Under the pieces are notes generated by a model, which saw nothing but the letters and a program-made list of their open reading frames with translations, searched no databases and was not told the DNA's origin. A program made the position numbers and the translations under genes. 64,000 nucleotides of DNA from Macrostomum lignano (taxonomy: Eukaryota): NCBI GenBank assembly GCA_002269645.1, contig NIVC01000616.1, forward strand, positions 124,001 to 188,000, written 5' to 3'. How positions within the stretch are numbered: position 1 is the stretch's first letter; each line of letters opens with the position of its first letter. Below, piece by piece: positions 63,737-64,000 of the stretch.

Positions 63737-64000
63737 GTAAGTGCTAACAATAGCAATAAAAACTGTAAAAAGGCTGCGAGAAACCTGGCGCAACCCCTTC
63801 AAGTGGCTGATAGAATGACAGTGAGTTCAGTGAGTCAGTCAGTGAGTTCTTCCAAAGGATTAAGCGACTACCCCAATCAGGCGTCACGTGGATTGTGTTA
63901 GACACCCAAAAAGTACGCTTCCTGACAGCTAAAGAGAGGCTTCTGACACTAAACTGGAATTCTTGGCACTCAAGCTGGCATGTCAGATACCCAGCAAGCC

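Overview
This is eukaryotic (animal) genomic DNA, with spliceosomal introns, TTAGGG-type repeats, CORE-like tRNA-SINEs and many minisatellites. The gene style suggests an invertebrate, possibly a free-living flatworm (inference only). No prokaryotic features or CRISPR arrays were seen. Left to right: (1) a compact secreted prepropeptide with an acidic pentamer propiece and an Arg-rich (RRRIF)n C-terminal half, 2044-2496; (2) Helitron-like elements carrying GA-rich and telomeric cargo, and a decayed non-LTR retrotransposon; (3) a decayed cGAS-like/Mab-21 nucleotidyltransferase paralog at 11.0-12.2 kb, followed by an intact 3-exon gene fusing about 18 ankyrin repeats to a cGAS-like (cGLR/Mab-21) NTase, 12929-17418, about 1309 aa; the ORF track shows this gene as three unrelated ORFs; (4) a convergent giant ankyrin gene with one frameshift, and a (MREIDAV)n heptad minisatellite at its 5' end; (5) two tandem paralogs, each with about six LRAT/permuted NlpC-P60 modules of which only the last keeps NCEHF; one copy has a 2-nt deletion at the catalytic Cys codon; (6) tRNA-Asn(GTT) and a Cys-loop ligand-gated channel subunit; (7) three head-to-tail Helitron-like units, 42.7-56.7 kb, each carrying different satellite arrays; (8) a 6-exon PLD3/4-type nuclease gene whose intron 2 begins with seven tandem in-frame splice donors. 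The best candidate for an undescribed system is a rapidly turning-over innate-immunity cluster: ANK-cGLR sensor, large ANK protein and poly-LRAT membrane enzymes, flanked by a cationic peptide and PLD3. All gene models come from manual reading and need transcript support.
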